Shown: positions 1-10,899 of the stretch, one piece after another
How the letters are laid out: each line of letters begins with the position of its first letter
Numbering within the stretch: the stretch's first letter is position 1
NCBI GenBank assembly: GCA_934747265.1
Contig: CAKVGI010000001.1
Location: 5,499-69,498, forward strand
Direction: 5' to 3'
Source of the DNA: an uncultured Rickettsiales bacterium
GTDB lineage: Bacteria > Pseudomonadota > Alphaproteobacteria > Rickettsiales > UBA1997
Length of the DNA: 64,000 nt
The notes under the pieces: model-generated
Told to the model about the DNA's origin: nothing
Seen by the model: only the letters and a program-made list of their open reading frames with translations
Databases searched by the model: none
Position numbers and translations under genes: made by a program

Positions 1-399
1 AATAGTCCAATAGCACCTAAAAAAGATTTATCATTTACCGTACATTCTGATTTATTTTTAAATTCTTTATTTAATTTCTTACTTAAAAAAAATTTAAAAA
101 ATTTTTCATATAAGAACTTTGAAAAATATATAGAAGATAATTCATATAAAATTAAAAAAATATTTTTTATTTTTACAAAAGAAATATTACCAAAACAAAA
201 TGATAATAATTTTATAGAATATACAAACATAAAGATTGCGAATATCTTTTATATAATAAATATTATTGAGAATAATTTAAAGAAATTTAAAAAATATTAT
301 TTTTGTAAAATATTAATATTAAAAATTCAAGAAAAAAATAATAAAAAACTTTATAAACTATTTGGCTTTTTACCAATAATAGTTTCTAAAATAAAATAA
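1..399 (+). CDS. 3' end of an unidentified protein-coding gene, truncated by the window start
   Basis: Frame 1 is open from nt 1 to the TAA at 397-399, which is 132 sense codons without a stop in very AT-rich DNA. No recognisable motif. Confidence 0.35.
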   Translation, partial: NSPIAPKKDLSFTVHSDLFLNSLFNFLLKKNLKNFSYKNFEKYIEDNSYKIKKIFFIFTKEILPKQNDNNFIEYTNIKIANIFYIINIIENNLKKFKKYYFCKILILKIQEKNNKKLYKLFGFLPIIVSKIK

Positions 400-408
400 T
401 TAATATAT

Positions 409-1491
409 TTATTTTTGAATAAACTTTTTTTCTATATATTTTTTAAATGGTTGTTCCACCAAATAGTATGCAATTATACCAAAAACTATGATTATTACAA
501 TACTAATTATTAAATCAAGATTTGGATAATTGTTGCGAAAGTTGGAATACCATATTGTTGACATTAATTTATTACCTTTTCCTATTGTGATTTGAACTAT
601 ATATTGTAAAATATATATTGAATAGCAATATTTACCCATAAAACCAAAAAATTTATTATTTAAAAATTGTCCTATATAACCTTTATTAAAAACAAAAGAA
701 AATAACAATACACAAAAAAGAATCATAAAGTATAAATTTAAATCAAGAGAATATTGTTTTTTGAAAATTGTATTAAATATTTCCAACAAAATTAATAATT
801 CTAATATTGTAAAAATGATTTTATTTTTCTTAGTTGTTAAGTTTGGATTACAATTGTTTTTGTACCAATCACAAAAAATAGCTAAAAAATAACCAATACC
901 AATACCCGATATTGCACGAGCTAATTGACTTAATGGATGTTGTAAAGATGTTCTACAATAAAGCACAAAAGATAAAAATATTAAAATAATTATTGTTAGA
1001 TGCACTTTTTTCTTATCAAAATTTCTTAACATATAAAAGAAAAGTAGAGATGTCCAAAACATTGGTCCTATAAACCACACATTGGTATTTGTAGAATAAA
1101 TATCGTTTCTAAGTGGAACAAGAGAAAAAGAATTAATGCCTATTTCTCTTATAAATAACATATTTAAAAATTCATATTTAAAATAAAATTTTTGCTCAAT
1201 TAATCCAATAGCATAAAATAGTATTTGCATTATACAAGCAAATACAAAAACTGGCATTAATCTTGCAAATTTTTTTATGGCGAAATCTTTTGTAGTAAAA
1301 TTTAAATTACTTTCTTGTTTTTTTATATCGTAAAATAAAAAATAACCAGCAATTATAAAAAATAGCTCAACACAAAAACCGGGATTGCCAATGTAATTGT
1401 ACGCAATTTCTTGTTTTGAAAAGCTTACAGCATGACCAATTATTATAGCAATAGTAAATATAAATCTTAAAAATTCAATATTATAAAGCAT
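409..1491 (-). CDS. Acyltransferase family 3 membrane protein (OafA/Oac-like O-acyltransferase)
   Basis: Polytopic hydrophobic 360 aa protein. The N-terminus NIEFLRFIFTIAIIIGHA matches the acyltransferase_3 signature (conserved R and H). It lies downstream of the tail-fibre module. Confidence 0.65.
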   Translation of the reverse strand: MLYNIEFLRFIFTIAIIIGHAVSFSKQEIAYNYIGNPGFCVELFFIIAGYFLFYDIKKQESNLNFTTKDFAIKKFARLMPVFVFACIMQILFYAIGLIEQKFYFKYEFLNMLFIREIGINSFSLVPLRNDIYSTNTNVWFIGPMFWTSLLFFYMLRNFDKKKVHLTIIILIFLSFVLYCRTSLQHPLSQLARAISGIGIGYFLAIFCDWYKNNCNPNLTTKKNKIIFTILELLILLEIFNTIFKKQYSLDLNLYFMILFCVLLFSFVFNKGYIGQFLNNKFFGFMGKYCYSIYILQYIVQITIGKGNKLMSTIWYSNFRNNYPNLDLIISIVIIIVFGIIAYYLVEQPFKKYIEKKFIQK

Positions 1492-1572
1492 TAAAAGTGT
1501 AATTATATTAATGTAGTCAAACTATATAGCTATATTTTTTATTTTCAATATTTATATTTTGTACAAGATATT

Positions 1573-1950
1573 TTATTTGTTATTTATTTCATTTTTTATT
1601 GTTTTATATTTTTTTATTTTTTCTTCTATAAAATTTTTCATATGACTAAAATCGTTGTCATTATAGTTATTAACATTTAAAATTATATCTATTTGTTTAT
1701 AAAAAGGATATTCTTCTAATATTTCATTTTTTATTGTTTGTTTTAATTTATCTATTTCTTTGTTTTTTGTTTCTATTTCGTCTTTTATAATTGCATTATT
1801 TTTATATGTATAAATATTTCCATTTAATATATCTTTATAAATTTCCTCCGTAATTTCAACTTGAAAATTATTTGAATCATTGAATCTATTATTATTTATT
1901 TGAGTAATTCCATTAATTTTACCATTAGCAATATTTACAAAATATTTCAT
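1573..1950 (-). CDS. Hypothetical protein, possible tail-fibre assembly or chaperone protein
   Basis: 125 aa ORF placed 18 nt downstream of the tail-fibre-like gene on the same strand. The call rests on size, position and a coiled-coil C-terminal half only. Confidence 0.25.
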   Translation of the reverse strand: MKYFVNIANGKINGITQINNNRFNDSNNFQVEITEEIYKDILNGNIYTYKNNAIIKDEIETKNKEIDKLKQTIKNEILEEYPFYKQIDIILNVNNYNDNDFSHMKNFIEEKIKKYKTIKNEINNK

Positions 1951-1968
1951 ATTATTCTCCTATTTTAT

Positions 1969-3114
1969 TTATATTTTTCTATAACCAACAACATATAATT
2001 GAGTATCTACATTTAAAGCGACAGTTTCTATTATGTATTTTATGTATCTTTCTTTACCTACTGGAATAACAAGTGAGTTTGCTGATGTTCCAAGTTCAAG
2101 TAAAACCCAAGCTAATAATATATTATTTGTTATTATATCAGAAGATATACTAACTTTGGCTGGATAATTTGCGGTAGAAGTATAGCCTCTCCAACTTATA
2201 TATATTTCATAATTATTGTTATCATTTGGTAAATATGAAGATAAATCTATTGAATAAGTACCAATAGCTGTGGCAGTCGATAATACTAAATATGAATTTA
2301 TCCAATTACCACTTGTGCTTGATATATTGTTGCCATTTTTTGTAATCTCGCCTTTAAAGTCAACATTTCCAGTAGCTTTATCAACCACAAAAGCATTATT
2401 CCACGTCTCACCATCGCTTGAAACTTTTAGTGTAAAATCGTCATTGCTAATTAGTCCAAACTCTGCTCTACCGCCGTAGTTTGTTTGAAATAAATGGCTT
2501 GCTGTGTCTGTTGATGTTGCTTTGTTGACCTTTACCCTGCTGTTGTCTGTACTTTTGTCAAATAGGACATAGTCGCTTTTTACGCTCAATTTGTTGTTGC
2601 TGTCAGCTGTTGCATTTATGCCTAACATTGTAAGTTGCTGTAAAGATTTTGTATTTACAAAATCTGTACCATCGTGTTGCAAAATATCATACTTGCCTGC
2701 CGATGTAATTTCTACATCCAATAGATCATTCAATTCTTGAACGTCGCTCGTTCCGCCAGTGTTCCCGCTACCGCTACTAGCTACTGCTTCAACCCATTTT
2801 GAACCATTGTAAGTATATAATTTGTCTTCATCATTCACCCAAAAAATAAAACCTTCCCGCGGTTCAACAAACCTCCAACCGTTATCATAAAATGCTATTT
2901 GTTTATCTTTATCCGCCCAATCGCCAGTGGCATTTTTACCAACAATATAGATGTCATTACTGTTTGGATTTTCAGGCGGTGTTGTTAAATCCTTGTCAAT
3001 AACACCATTTTGCAAAATATTATCAATAATAACAAGTGCCTCATTGTGTGTAATTTCTTTGCCAGATTGATTTGGTATTAGCAAAGGAAGCTTTAAGTTT
3101 GTTGTGTTTTCCAT
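1969..3114 (-). CDS. DUF2793-type phage/GTA tail-fibre-like protein
   Basis: N-terminus LKLPLLIPNQSGKEITHNEALVIIDNILQ...DLTTPPENP...IYIVG..ATGDWA....IAFYDNGWRF. Central segment LGINATADSNNKLSVKSDYVLF...KVNKATSTDTASHLFQTNYGGRAEFGL..DDFTLKVSSDG.TW. Both match my recollection of alphaproteobacterial DUF2793 tail-fibre proteins (the family of RcGTA rcc00171). Confidence 0.7.
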   Translation of the reverse strand: MENTTNLKLPLLIPNQSGKEITHNEALVIIDNILQNGVIDKDLTTPPENPNSNDIYIVGKNATGDWADKDKQIAFYDNGWRFVEPREGFIFWVNDEDKLYTYNGSKWVEAVASSGSGNTGGTSDVQELNDLLDVEITSAGKYDILQHDGTDFVNTKSLQQLTMLGINATADSNNKLSVKSDYVLFDKSTDNSRVKVNKATSTDTASHLFQTNYGGRAEFGLISNDDFTLKVSSDGETWNNAFVVDKATGNVDFKGEITKNGNNISSTSGNWINSYLVLSTATAIGTYSIDLSSYLPNDNNNYEIYISWRGYTSTANYPAKVSISSDIITNNILLAWVLLELGTSANSLVIPVGKERYIKYIIETVALNVDTQLYVVGYRKI

Positions 3115-3251
3115 AAAATAGATTTTTTTATTTATTTTTTGATTATAAAATTAATTTATGGAAGTATTTTTTTAAAAAATTTTGTGATAAATTGTAATGA
3201 TATATTGAAAAATAATAATTAAATTAAATATAAAAAATTTTAATTTTTTTC

Positions 3252-3280
3252 TTGACTATTAAAATTTTGTGTTTTATAAT
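3252..3280 (+). promoter_or_regulatory. 16S rRNA promoter P1 (TTGACT-N17-TATAAT)
   Basis: Consensus-grade sigma70 hexamers with a 17-nt spacer, about 270 nt upstream of the 16S. Nearly identical to the block upstream of the 23S (49118-49146). Confidence 0.6.
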
Positions 3281-3364
3281 TGATAAGGTGAATTCGGAAA
3301 CTACAAAAAATAATTTGAAAGTCTGGCTTTTTTTAAACAAAATAAAAAAAGTTTAAAAAAAGTG

Positions 3365-3392
3365 TTGACAATTATTTTTTTTGTTTTATAAT
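3365..3392 (+). promoter_or_regulatory. 16S rRNA promoter P2 (TTGACA-N16-TATAAT)
   Basis: Perfect -35 and -10 hexamers about 160 nt upstream of the mature 16S 5' end. Confidence 0.55.
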
Positions 3393-3549
3393 TTATCTTG
3401 TTGGTTGTTTTAAGATTGTAAATAATATAAATTATCACATGGGAAAAATAATAAAGGTGATAGGATGACGAATAGTCAACTTACTCATTTTATTATTGAC
3501 CAACGTCAATTTAAGTTATATAGAGTAAGATTAGACTTTAAAATTTTAA

Positions 3550-5073
<1,524 letters not shown>

Positions 5074-5202
5074 AAGAGTATCAAAGTTAACCTTAGGGTT
5101 ATACTTTCATGATCTCCATATATTACGCCTATCGCCTTTATTATTTTTATCATAGATGGTAATTTATATTATTTTTTTGTTATTTATTATATATAATGTT
5201 GC

Positions 5203-5233
5203 ATTCATCAGTTCATATTGATGAATTTTTTTG
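5203..5233 (+). terminator. Putative intrinsic terminator after the 16S
   Basis: ATTCATCA / TGATGAAT stem followed by a T-run (TTTTTTTG). Confidence 0.45.
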
Positions 5234-5572
5234 TGTCTAAACTTGTAATTAAATTTATATTATTTGATTCTTATATTTAAAATTATTATAATATTTTGGA
5301 CTATTTTTTATTTGACCTCATTGATGTATATTTTTTTCTACGATAAATTATTGATATAAATTGTCATGGCTCAAATAATTTCATTTTTTATATATCTCTT
5401 GTTTTTTGATAAATTATGTTATGAATTATTAGATTTTAATATTAATGTATAACAGTTTAAAATATCAAATATTGGATGTTTATATAGAAATTGTAAAAGA
5501 ACTTTTATAATAACTAAAAGAAAGTATGGCAAAGAATTATAAGCACTTGAAAAATATAGGTATAAAAAAACA

Positions 5573-5935
5573 AGGGCTGAATGTTGTCAAAGTCCAAGCT
5601 TGCTTGAGACTTTGACAACTTATGCCCGCAGTTTGCCGTAGCAAAGCGGAGGAAAACAGGGCTAAATGTTGGGTTTACAACTTATGCCCGCAGTTTGCCG
5701 TAGCAAAGCGGAGGAAAACAGGGCTAGATGTTGGGTTTACAACTTATGCCCGCAGTTTGCCAAAGGAATAACGAACCCTAGATGTCAGACAATGGAATGC
5801 TTGCATTCCAATTGGATGACTTATGGATGAAGTTTGCCAAAGGAACAACAAGCCCTAAATGTCGGAAAATAAAAAGAAGTTTACTTATTTTTATTTGACG
5901 ACTTATGGGTGAAGTTTGCTGAAAGAAACAGCAAA
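5573..5935. repeat. Degenerate tandem array, five units of 62-82 bp, with variable hairpin inserts
   Basis: The CTTATGCCCGCAGTTTGCC unit recurs at 5619, 5681 and 5743 (62-nt period). Diverged units start at 5820 and 5902. Confidence 0.8.
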
Positions 5936-6014
5936 AGATATTCAAAAAAAGAAGATTTATTATATGGTACAATACAATTATTCTTTCATTATAAAACATA
6001 TAATGGTGGTTTCT

Positions 6015-7991
6015 TTAAAAATAAGGAGTATGTGGGTAATGATAAGTGAACAGTGTGTTTATTAGTTCAATGTTCTTTTTAAATTGTTCATTAGCATTAT
6101 CTTCTATAAATTCATATCCTTTTATTTCATCTTCAAGTTCATTAATTCTTTTATTCAATCCTTCTATTGTCTTATGTGTTTCTTCAAGATTTTTTTCTAA
6201 ATTGGCTATTCTATTATCTTTTTGATATTTTTTTGCCATTCTATTTGCTAATGCACTGTCAATTCTTTGTTGCTTAATAGTTTCCCAACTACTAGTATCC
6301 ATATCAATATTTTCAACAATATCTTTAACTGTATTTAGTTCATCTTTTGCATATTTTATATTTAATTGTTCTTTAATTCCATATTTTAATTCATTTGCTT
6401 CTTTTTGTTTTTCTTGGTTTTTATATATCTCTTCAATTTTTTTGTCCATTTCAGCTTGTAGCTTACTATCTTTTATATTTTGATTTAAAACCTTTTCAGT
6501 AGCTAAATCAACAATATTTTCCTTTACTGCTTCGTTTTTGTTTTTCCAATCATCATATTTTACACCAAAACCATTTTTTGGCGTAGGTTTCATAATAAAA
6601 TTATCAAAATAACTTCTTACTTTTTCATTAAGTAAAGAATTACCGTCCAGTTTTACTCTTTGTCCTATATCTTTAAAACTACCATAAACAGACCTTAATA
6701 AAGTCTTAAAATTCTCAAATAAACCCTTTAAATCTTCCACAGGGGCTTTTCCTGTCCTTAAATAAGCTTCCCAATTTTCCGCAAAAAATTCCTGCTCTTC
6801 AATACCATTTCCTATCTTATCCTTATTGAATTCATTATATAGCGTAATATAGTCATTTAAATAATTTTTTGCTATAATACTTTCAGGTGCAATTTTTTTC
6901 AAACTACTTAAAAAGAAATGCCCCATCTCATGAATAAGTGTTGATGGATTACTTTTTTCAAATAATGTTATTATATTTGTTGTTGTATTATATTGCCCCA
7001 ATGGTTGATTATTAAATTCTTGGTTTAAATTATTGACATTTAAATCTTTATCGTTTATCATTGTAATGGGGTTGCTTGACCGCGGTGATATTGATTTATC
7101 GGCAGTGGCAACCCTTTTTATTTTAACTATTTGATCAGAATCATTATTCTTGACTTTTGTGTTAGGATTTTGTACAATTATTTTGGAACTGCCGTCTTGG
7201 ACGTATGGGCTGGGAGCTTTTAGAGCGTTTTGGTAATTTCCACCTTTATTAGTCGTATCGCCCCCAGTTCTTTTTCTATAAATGGTTTTGCTTTCTAAAA
7301 TATTTTTGTCATTTAAAACTTCTTCCACATAATATGTAATACCTTTTGAAATATTTTTAATATATTTTATAGATGGCAAACCTCTTTTTGTTTTGTTTCC
7401 TATTTCTATATAATCCGGATTATTTATAACATATGGTATATTTTTTATATCCTTATCGCTTACTGGTATTTGATTATTTTGTTGTTCCGTTTTTAAACCA
7501 TGTCTATTTTCTTTATGCTTCAAAAAATCAGTTGTTATTCTATGTTTTGTATTCTCATTAACATTTAATCCATTTTCTTTAAAAACCTTTAATTGCCAAT
7601 CTGTAATATTTCCTATATCTTTTCTATTATTTTCTCCATGTTTATAAGAATTTATTACTTCATTTATATTTTTTTCTATCTCTGGATTATTTTGATAAAA
7701 AATTTTAACTTCATTTTCTTCTGTTGATTTCACATTATTTGTTGCGAAATTTCCAATTATTTCATTGCCACCAACTGCCTTTACAACATTAGGCAATCCG
7801 CCCATTTTTTGTAATACATAACCAATAGTTTTATTATTGTGTATAGCTAAATTTTTTAATATTTGATTTGTTATATTAAGTATATCATCAACTTCTTGTT
7901 CTGTTTTGCCAGCCTCTAAACTCTGCTTTTTAAATTTATTATATTCTTCTTTTCTATAAGATTCCGCCAATTCAATTTGCTTTGTGTTCAA
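6015..7991 (-). CDS. Phage/conjugative-element polyvalent-type protein (PBECR-like nuclease region, HExxH zincin, coiled-coil tail); probably 5'-truncated
   Basis: HEMGH zincin motif (TLIHEMGHFF). The segment IPVSDKDIKNIPYVINNPDYIEIG...IKYIKNISKGITYYVEEVLNDKNILESKTIYRK resembles Barnase-EndoU-ColE5/D-RelE-like modules of polyvalent proteins. The frame stays open upstream to 8156 with no start codon. Confidence 0.55.
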   Translation of the reverse strand: MNTKQIELAESYRKEEYNKFKKQSLEAGKTEQEVDDILNITNQILKNLAIHNNKTIGYVLQKMGGLPNVVKAVGGNEIIGNFATNNVKSTEENEVKIFYQNNPEIEKNINEVINSYKHGENNRKDIGNITDWQLKVFKENGLNVNENTKHRITTDFLKHKENRHGLKTEQQNNQIPVSDKDIKNIPYVINNPDYIEIGNKTKRGLPSIKYIKNISKGITYYVEEVLNDKNILESKTIYRKRTGGDTTNKGGNYQNALKAPSPYVQDGSSKIIVQNPNTKVKNNDSDQIVKIKRVATADKSISPRSSNPITMINDKDLNVNNLNQEFNNQPLGQYNTTTNIITLFEKSNPSTLIHEMGHFFLSSLKKIAPESIIAKNYLNDYITLYNEFNKDKIGNGIEEQEFFAENWEAYLRTGKAPVEDLKGLFENFKTLLRSVYGSFKDIGQRVKLDGNSLLNEKVRSYFDNFIMKPTPKNGFGVKYDDWKNKNEAVKENIVDLATEKVLNQNIKDSKLQAEMDKKIEEIYKNQEKQKEANELKYGIKEQLNIKYAKDELNTVKDIVENIDMDTSSWETIKQQRIDSALANRMAKKYQKDNRIANLEKNLEETHKTIEGLNKRINELEDEIKGYEFIEDNANEQFKKNIELINTLFTYHYPHTPYF

Positions 7992-8138
7992 CTCTCTATA
8001 AAATTCATTTATTTGGTCTGTATTGCCATTCTTTAATAAATTATCAATTTCTTTCTGTTTAACACTTCCTTGTAGTGTTGGATTTTTAAATCCAGTACCT
8101 ATAATGCTATCAAATTTTAAATTAATAAAAAAATTGCG

Positions 8139-8620
8139 GTTTATTTTATTATTTTTTTAGTCCCAGGTGTTATGTTTAGAGACCTAACACCACGAAGTTT
8201 AGAGGTTCAATATCACGAAAACCAAACACCACAAAGATTTAATGCTACAAAGTATTGGGTTCGGAAACCTAACGCCACATCTAAGGAGACGCAATGCAAC
8301 GAGGCTTGAAGGCTTAACATAATAAAGAGACTTAACATTATATAGCCTAAAAATTCAATACCATGAAGTTCAAAAATTTATGCTACAAAATTTAGAGACT
8401 CAATAGTCCGAAGAATATTAATTAACAATCCTACCGCCACAAAATAAAAAAGAAACACTAATCAATGCCAATTTTTAGCATAAATCTCATTTTATGTAAA
8501 ATAATTCTAGAAATATGTTTTGCAATTATCACTATTACAACTAGAATGCAAAACGTAATTTTTAATAGTCAACAAATAATTTAAATTATTTTTATGAAAA
8601 AAATATTCATAAGTTGTGTT
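8139..8620 (-). repeat. Type-2 dispersed element, copy 1 (about 20-bp CCTAACACCAC-type array plus about 210-bp conserved module)
   Basis: Collinear by eye with 12797-13325, in the same orientation. Confidence 0.8.
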
Positions 8621-8749
8621 TGTTAGATAATATAAATTAAATTAAGTTTGATTAAACTTGCTTAGTTTTTTAATTTATAATGTTTTTATAAAATTAAAAT
8701 GGTTTATTTAGATGCAAAAAATTGCATATTTAAGATTGAGGATATAAAT

Positions 8750-9739
8750 TCAATTTGATGAGTTTTTATTAACTTTATCTTTTGCTAGCGGATGAAGAGA
8801 ATTAACTATATTCTTTAATTTATCGTCAACAATATGTGTATAAATTTGAGTTGTAGAAATATCAGAATGCCCTAAAAGTTCCTGCAATATTCTTAAATCG
8901 GCGCCTCTATTAAGTAAATGTGTAGCAAAGGAATGTCTAATAATGTGTGGAGATATTTTATCAATATCAATACCGCAGTTTATAGCTAATTCTTTTAAGT
9001 TTAATGCAAAAATTTGTCTTGTTGTATGATTATCTTTTGTTTTATATTTAATTTTTGTGTCTTTTTTGATTTTTGAAAAGTTTACAAGAGTTGTCCATAA
9101 CCATTCTGAATGTTTGTTTTGCAATAATCTTTCTCTTAAATTAAGATATTTTATTAATATTTCTTTTGTTTTATTATTAATTGGTACAAGTCTTTCTTTG
9201 CTTCCTTTTCCTTTTATTATTAAATAATCGTCTATTGTATATAAACCATCTTTTCTATATTTTTTTTGGATATCACTAATTTTTAGTTCAACTAATTCAG
9301 AAACTCTCATGCCAGTAGCATATAACAATTCTAACATGCAATAAAATTGAATACCATAATTGCTAGAATCTTCTCTCGCTTTATTTAACAATAGATTAAC
9401 TTCTTCTTCTGATAAAAAAACTGGTAATTTTTCTTGCTTTTTTGGAAGTTCTAACAATTCTGCTGGATTGTTTTCTATAACATTTTCAAGTTGCAAAAAA
9501 ATAAAAAATTGCTTTAAAGATGAAATATTTCTTGATAAAGTAGATACAGATGAGCCTTTATTATATAAAAATTCAATGTATTTTTTTAAATCCATAAATA
9601 CAATTTTGTCTACATTATCCTTTTTTATAAAATTAAAAAAATTATGTAAATCATTTTTATATGACATAGCAGTATTGTTTGAATATCCTTTCTCAACAAT
9701 TAAATTATTTATAAAATTATCAATATTTTTTTTAATCAT
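8750..9739 (-). CDS. Tyrosine site-specific recombinase, XerC/XerD family
   Basis: N-terminal SAM-like domain (LIVEKGYSNNTAMSYKNDL). C-terminal catalytic motifs HIIRHSFATHLL and LLGHSDISTTQIYTH. Confidence 0.8.
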   Translation of the reverse strand: MIKKNIDNFINNLIVEKGYSNNTAMSYKNDLHNFFNFIKKDNVDKIVFMDLKKYIEFLYNKGSSVSTLSRNISSLKQFFIFLQLENVIENNPAELLELPKKQEKLPVFLSEEEVNLLLNKAREDSSNYGIQFYCMLELLYATGMRVSELVELKISDIQKKYRKDGLYTIDDYLIIKGKGSKERLVPINNKTKEILIKYLNLRERLLQNKHSEWLWTTLVNFSKIKKDTKIKYKTKDNHTTRQIFALNLKELAINCGIDIDKISPHIIRHSFATHLLNRGADLRILQELLGHSDISTTQIYTHIVDDKLKNIVNSLHPLAKDKVNKNSSN

Positions 9740-9861
9740 TTTAATATAGAAATTACAAATTATATATTATAATATATAATAAGATAAAATAATTATTGCA
9801 AAATAATTTTTTATTTCTTAAAATATAGTTGTTTAAATTATTTTAACAAAAAGGGTGAAAT

Positions 9862-10563
9862 ATGACTGTTAATAATAAAAAAGGTTTTTCTTTAATTGAA
9901 TTATCTATTGTTTTAATTATAATTGGTCTTTTAGTTGCTGGTATTACAGGTGGTTCCAGTTTGATTAAAAGTGCTGAATTAAGAGCTGTAATGTCAGATA
10001 TTAGAAATTATCAAACAGCAGTTAACGCTTACTATACATCCAGAGGTGAGTTGCCTGGTACAGATGGTTCTTCTGAAATGGCATTTGGTGATTCTTGCAA
10101 TGCTTGGGCAGCTATGGTTAACGAAGGTATAGTTGATACTTATTTGACATCTTTCAGTAAAGATACAACAACAAATAAATATTCTTGTGCAGCTATGACA
10201 GCAGTTGGATCAGCAAATTCAGTTAGTTCAAAAATGAAAGGCGGTTTCTACGCATTAGGATATAATGATGAAATGTTGGCAAACGTTATTTTCTTAGTTG
10301 GTAAGGACCAAACAGCTGATGGAATGAAAGGGGCAACAGCAGGTTCAGATGCTAAATTAGGAACATCAGTTATTTCTAGAAAAGATGCAAAATTCTTAGA
10401 TGATAAGATGGATAATGGAATTTCTGATTCTGGTAAAATCTTTGCATTTACAGGAAGCAATACCGATGCTGCTGATGGTACAGGTTGTGTATATAGCAAC
10501 TCTGGTACAATAAGCAAAGAAACACAAAGAGATTGCGGTATTGCAATGTCAATTGGTTTATAA
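9862..10563 (+). CDS. Prepilin-type N-terminal cleavage/methylation domain protein (type IV pilin or pseudopilin)
   Basis: KKGFSLIELSIVLIIIGLLVAGI is a class III signal: G/F cleavage site, E at +5 and a hydrophobic helix. Shine-Dalgarno AAGGGTGA lies upstream. Confidence 0.8.
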   Translation: MTVNNKKGFSLIELSIVLIIIGLLVAGITGGSSLIKSAELRAVMSDIRNYQTAVNAYYTSRGELPGTDGSSEMAFGDSCNAWAAMVNEGIVDTYLTSFSKDTTTNKYSCAAMTAVGSANSVSSKMKGGFYALGYNDEMLANVIFLVGKDQTADGMKGATAGSDAKLGTSVISRKDAKFLDDKMDNGISDSGKIFAFTGSNTDAADGTGCVYSNSGTISKETQRDCGIAMSIGL

Positions 10564-10589
10564 TATTAAATTATTGTAATGTTATTAAA

Positions 10590-10623
10590 ATGAAGTACAT
10601 ATGTAATGTGTGCTTCATTTTTG
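10590..10623 (+). terminator. Putative intrinsic terminator after the pilin-like gene
   Basis: ATGAAGTACA / TGTGCTTCAT stem followed by TTTTTG. Confidence 0.5.
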
Positions 10624-10899
10624 TTAAGATATTTATATTAGATATTTCTTCATTAATTATATTATAATATATCATTTTTATTATCTTCAATTTCTACCAG
10701 ATAAGACTTTTAACTTTTTTAATACTAATTACGCTAGAAAATTTAAGTTTCTCTTTATTGCATTTTATATTCTTTTACTTTGCTAACATTACTTATTTAA
10801 TCTTTAAAATTAAACCTTTTTTTCCTTATACTAAGTTTTTGTATTAATAATAAAAGAAAAATCATTTTTTAAAAATCATAAAAATTGATACGAAATATT

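Noticed and set aside
5778-5999. ORF 5778-5999 (-)
   Set aside because: It runs across the decayed tandem array downstream of the 16S, has no RBS, and has low-complexity hydrophobic content.
8750-9739. Calling the tyrosine recombinase a phage integrase belonging to the neighbouring phage-like genes
   Set aside because: The N-terminal domain and the spacing of the catalytic motifs look XerC/XerD-like rather than lambda-Int-like. An about 40-residue insertion leaves some doubt, so only the family call is reported.
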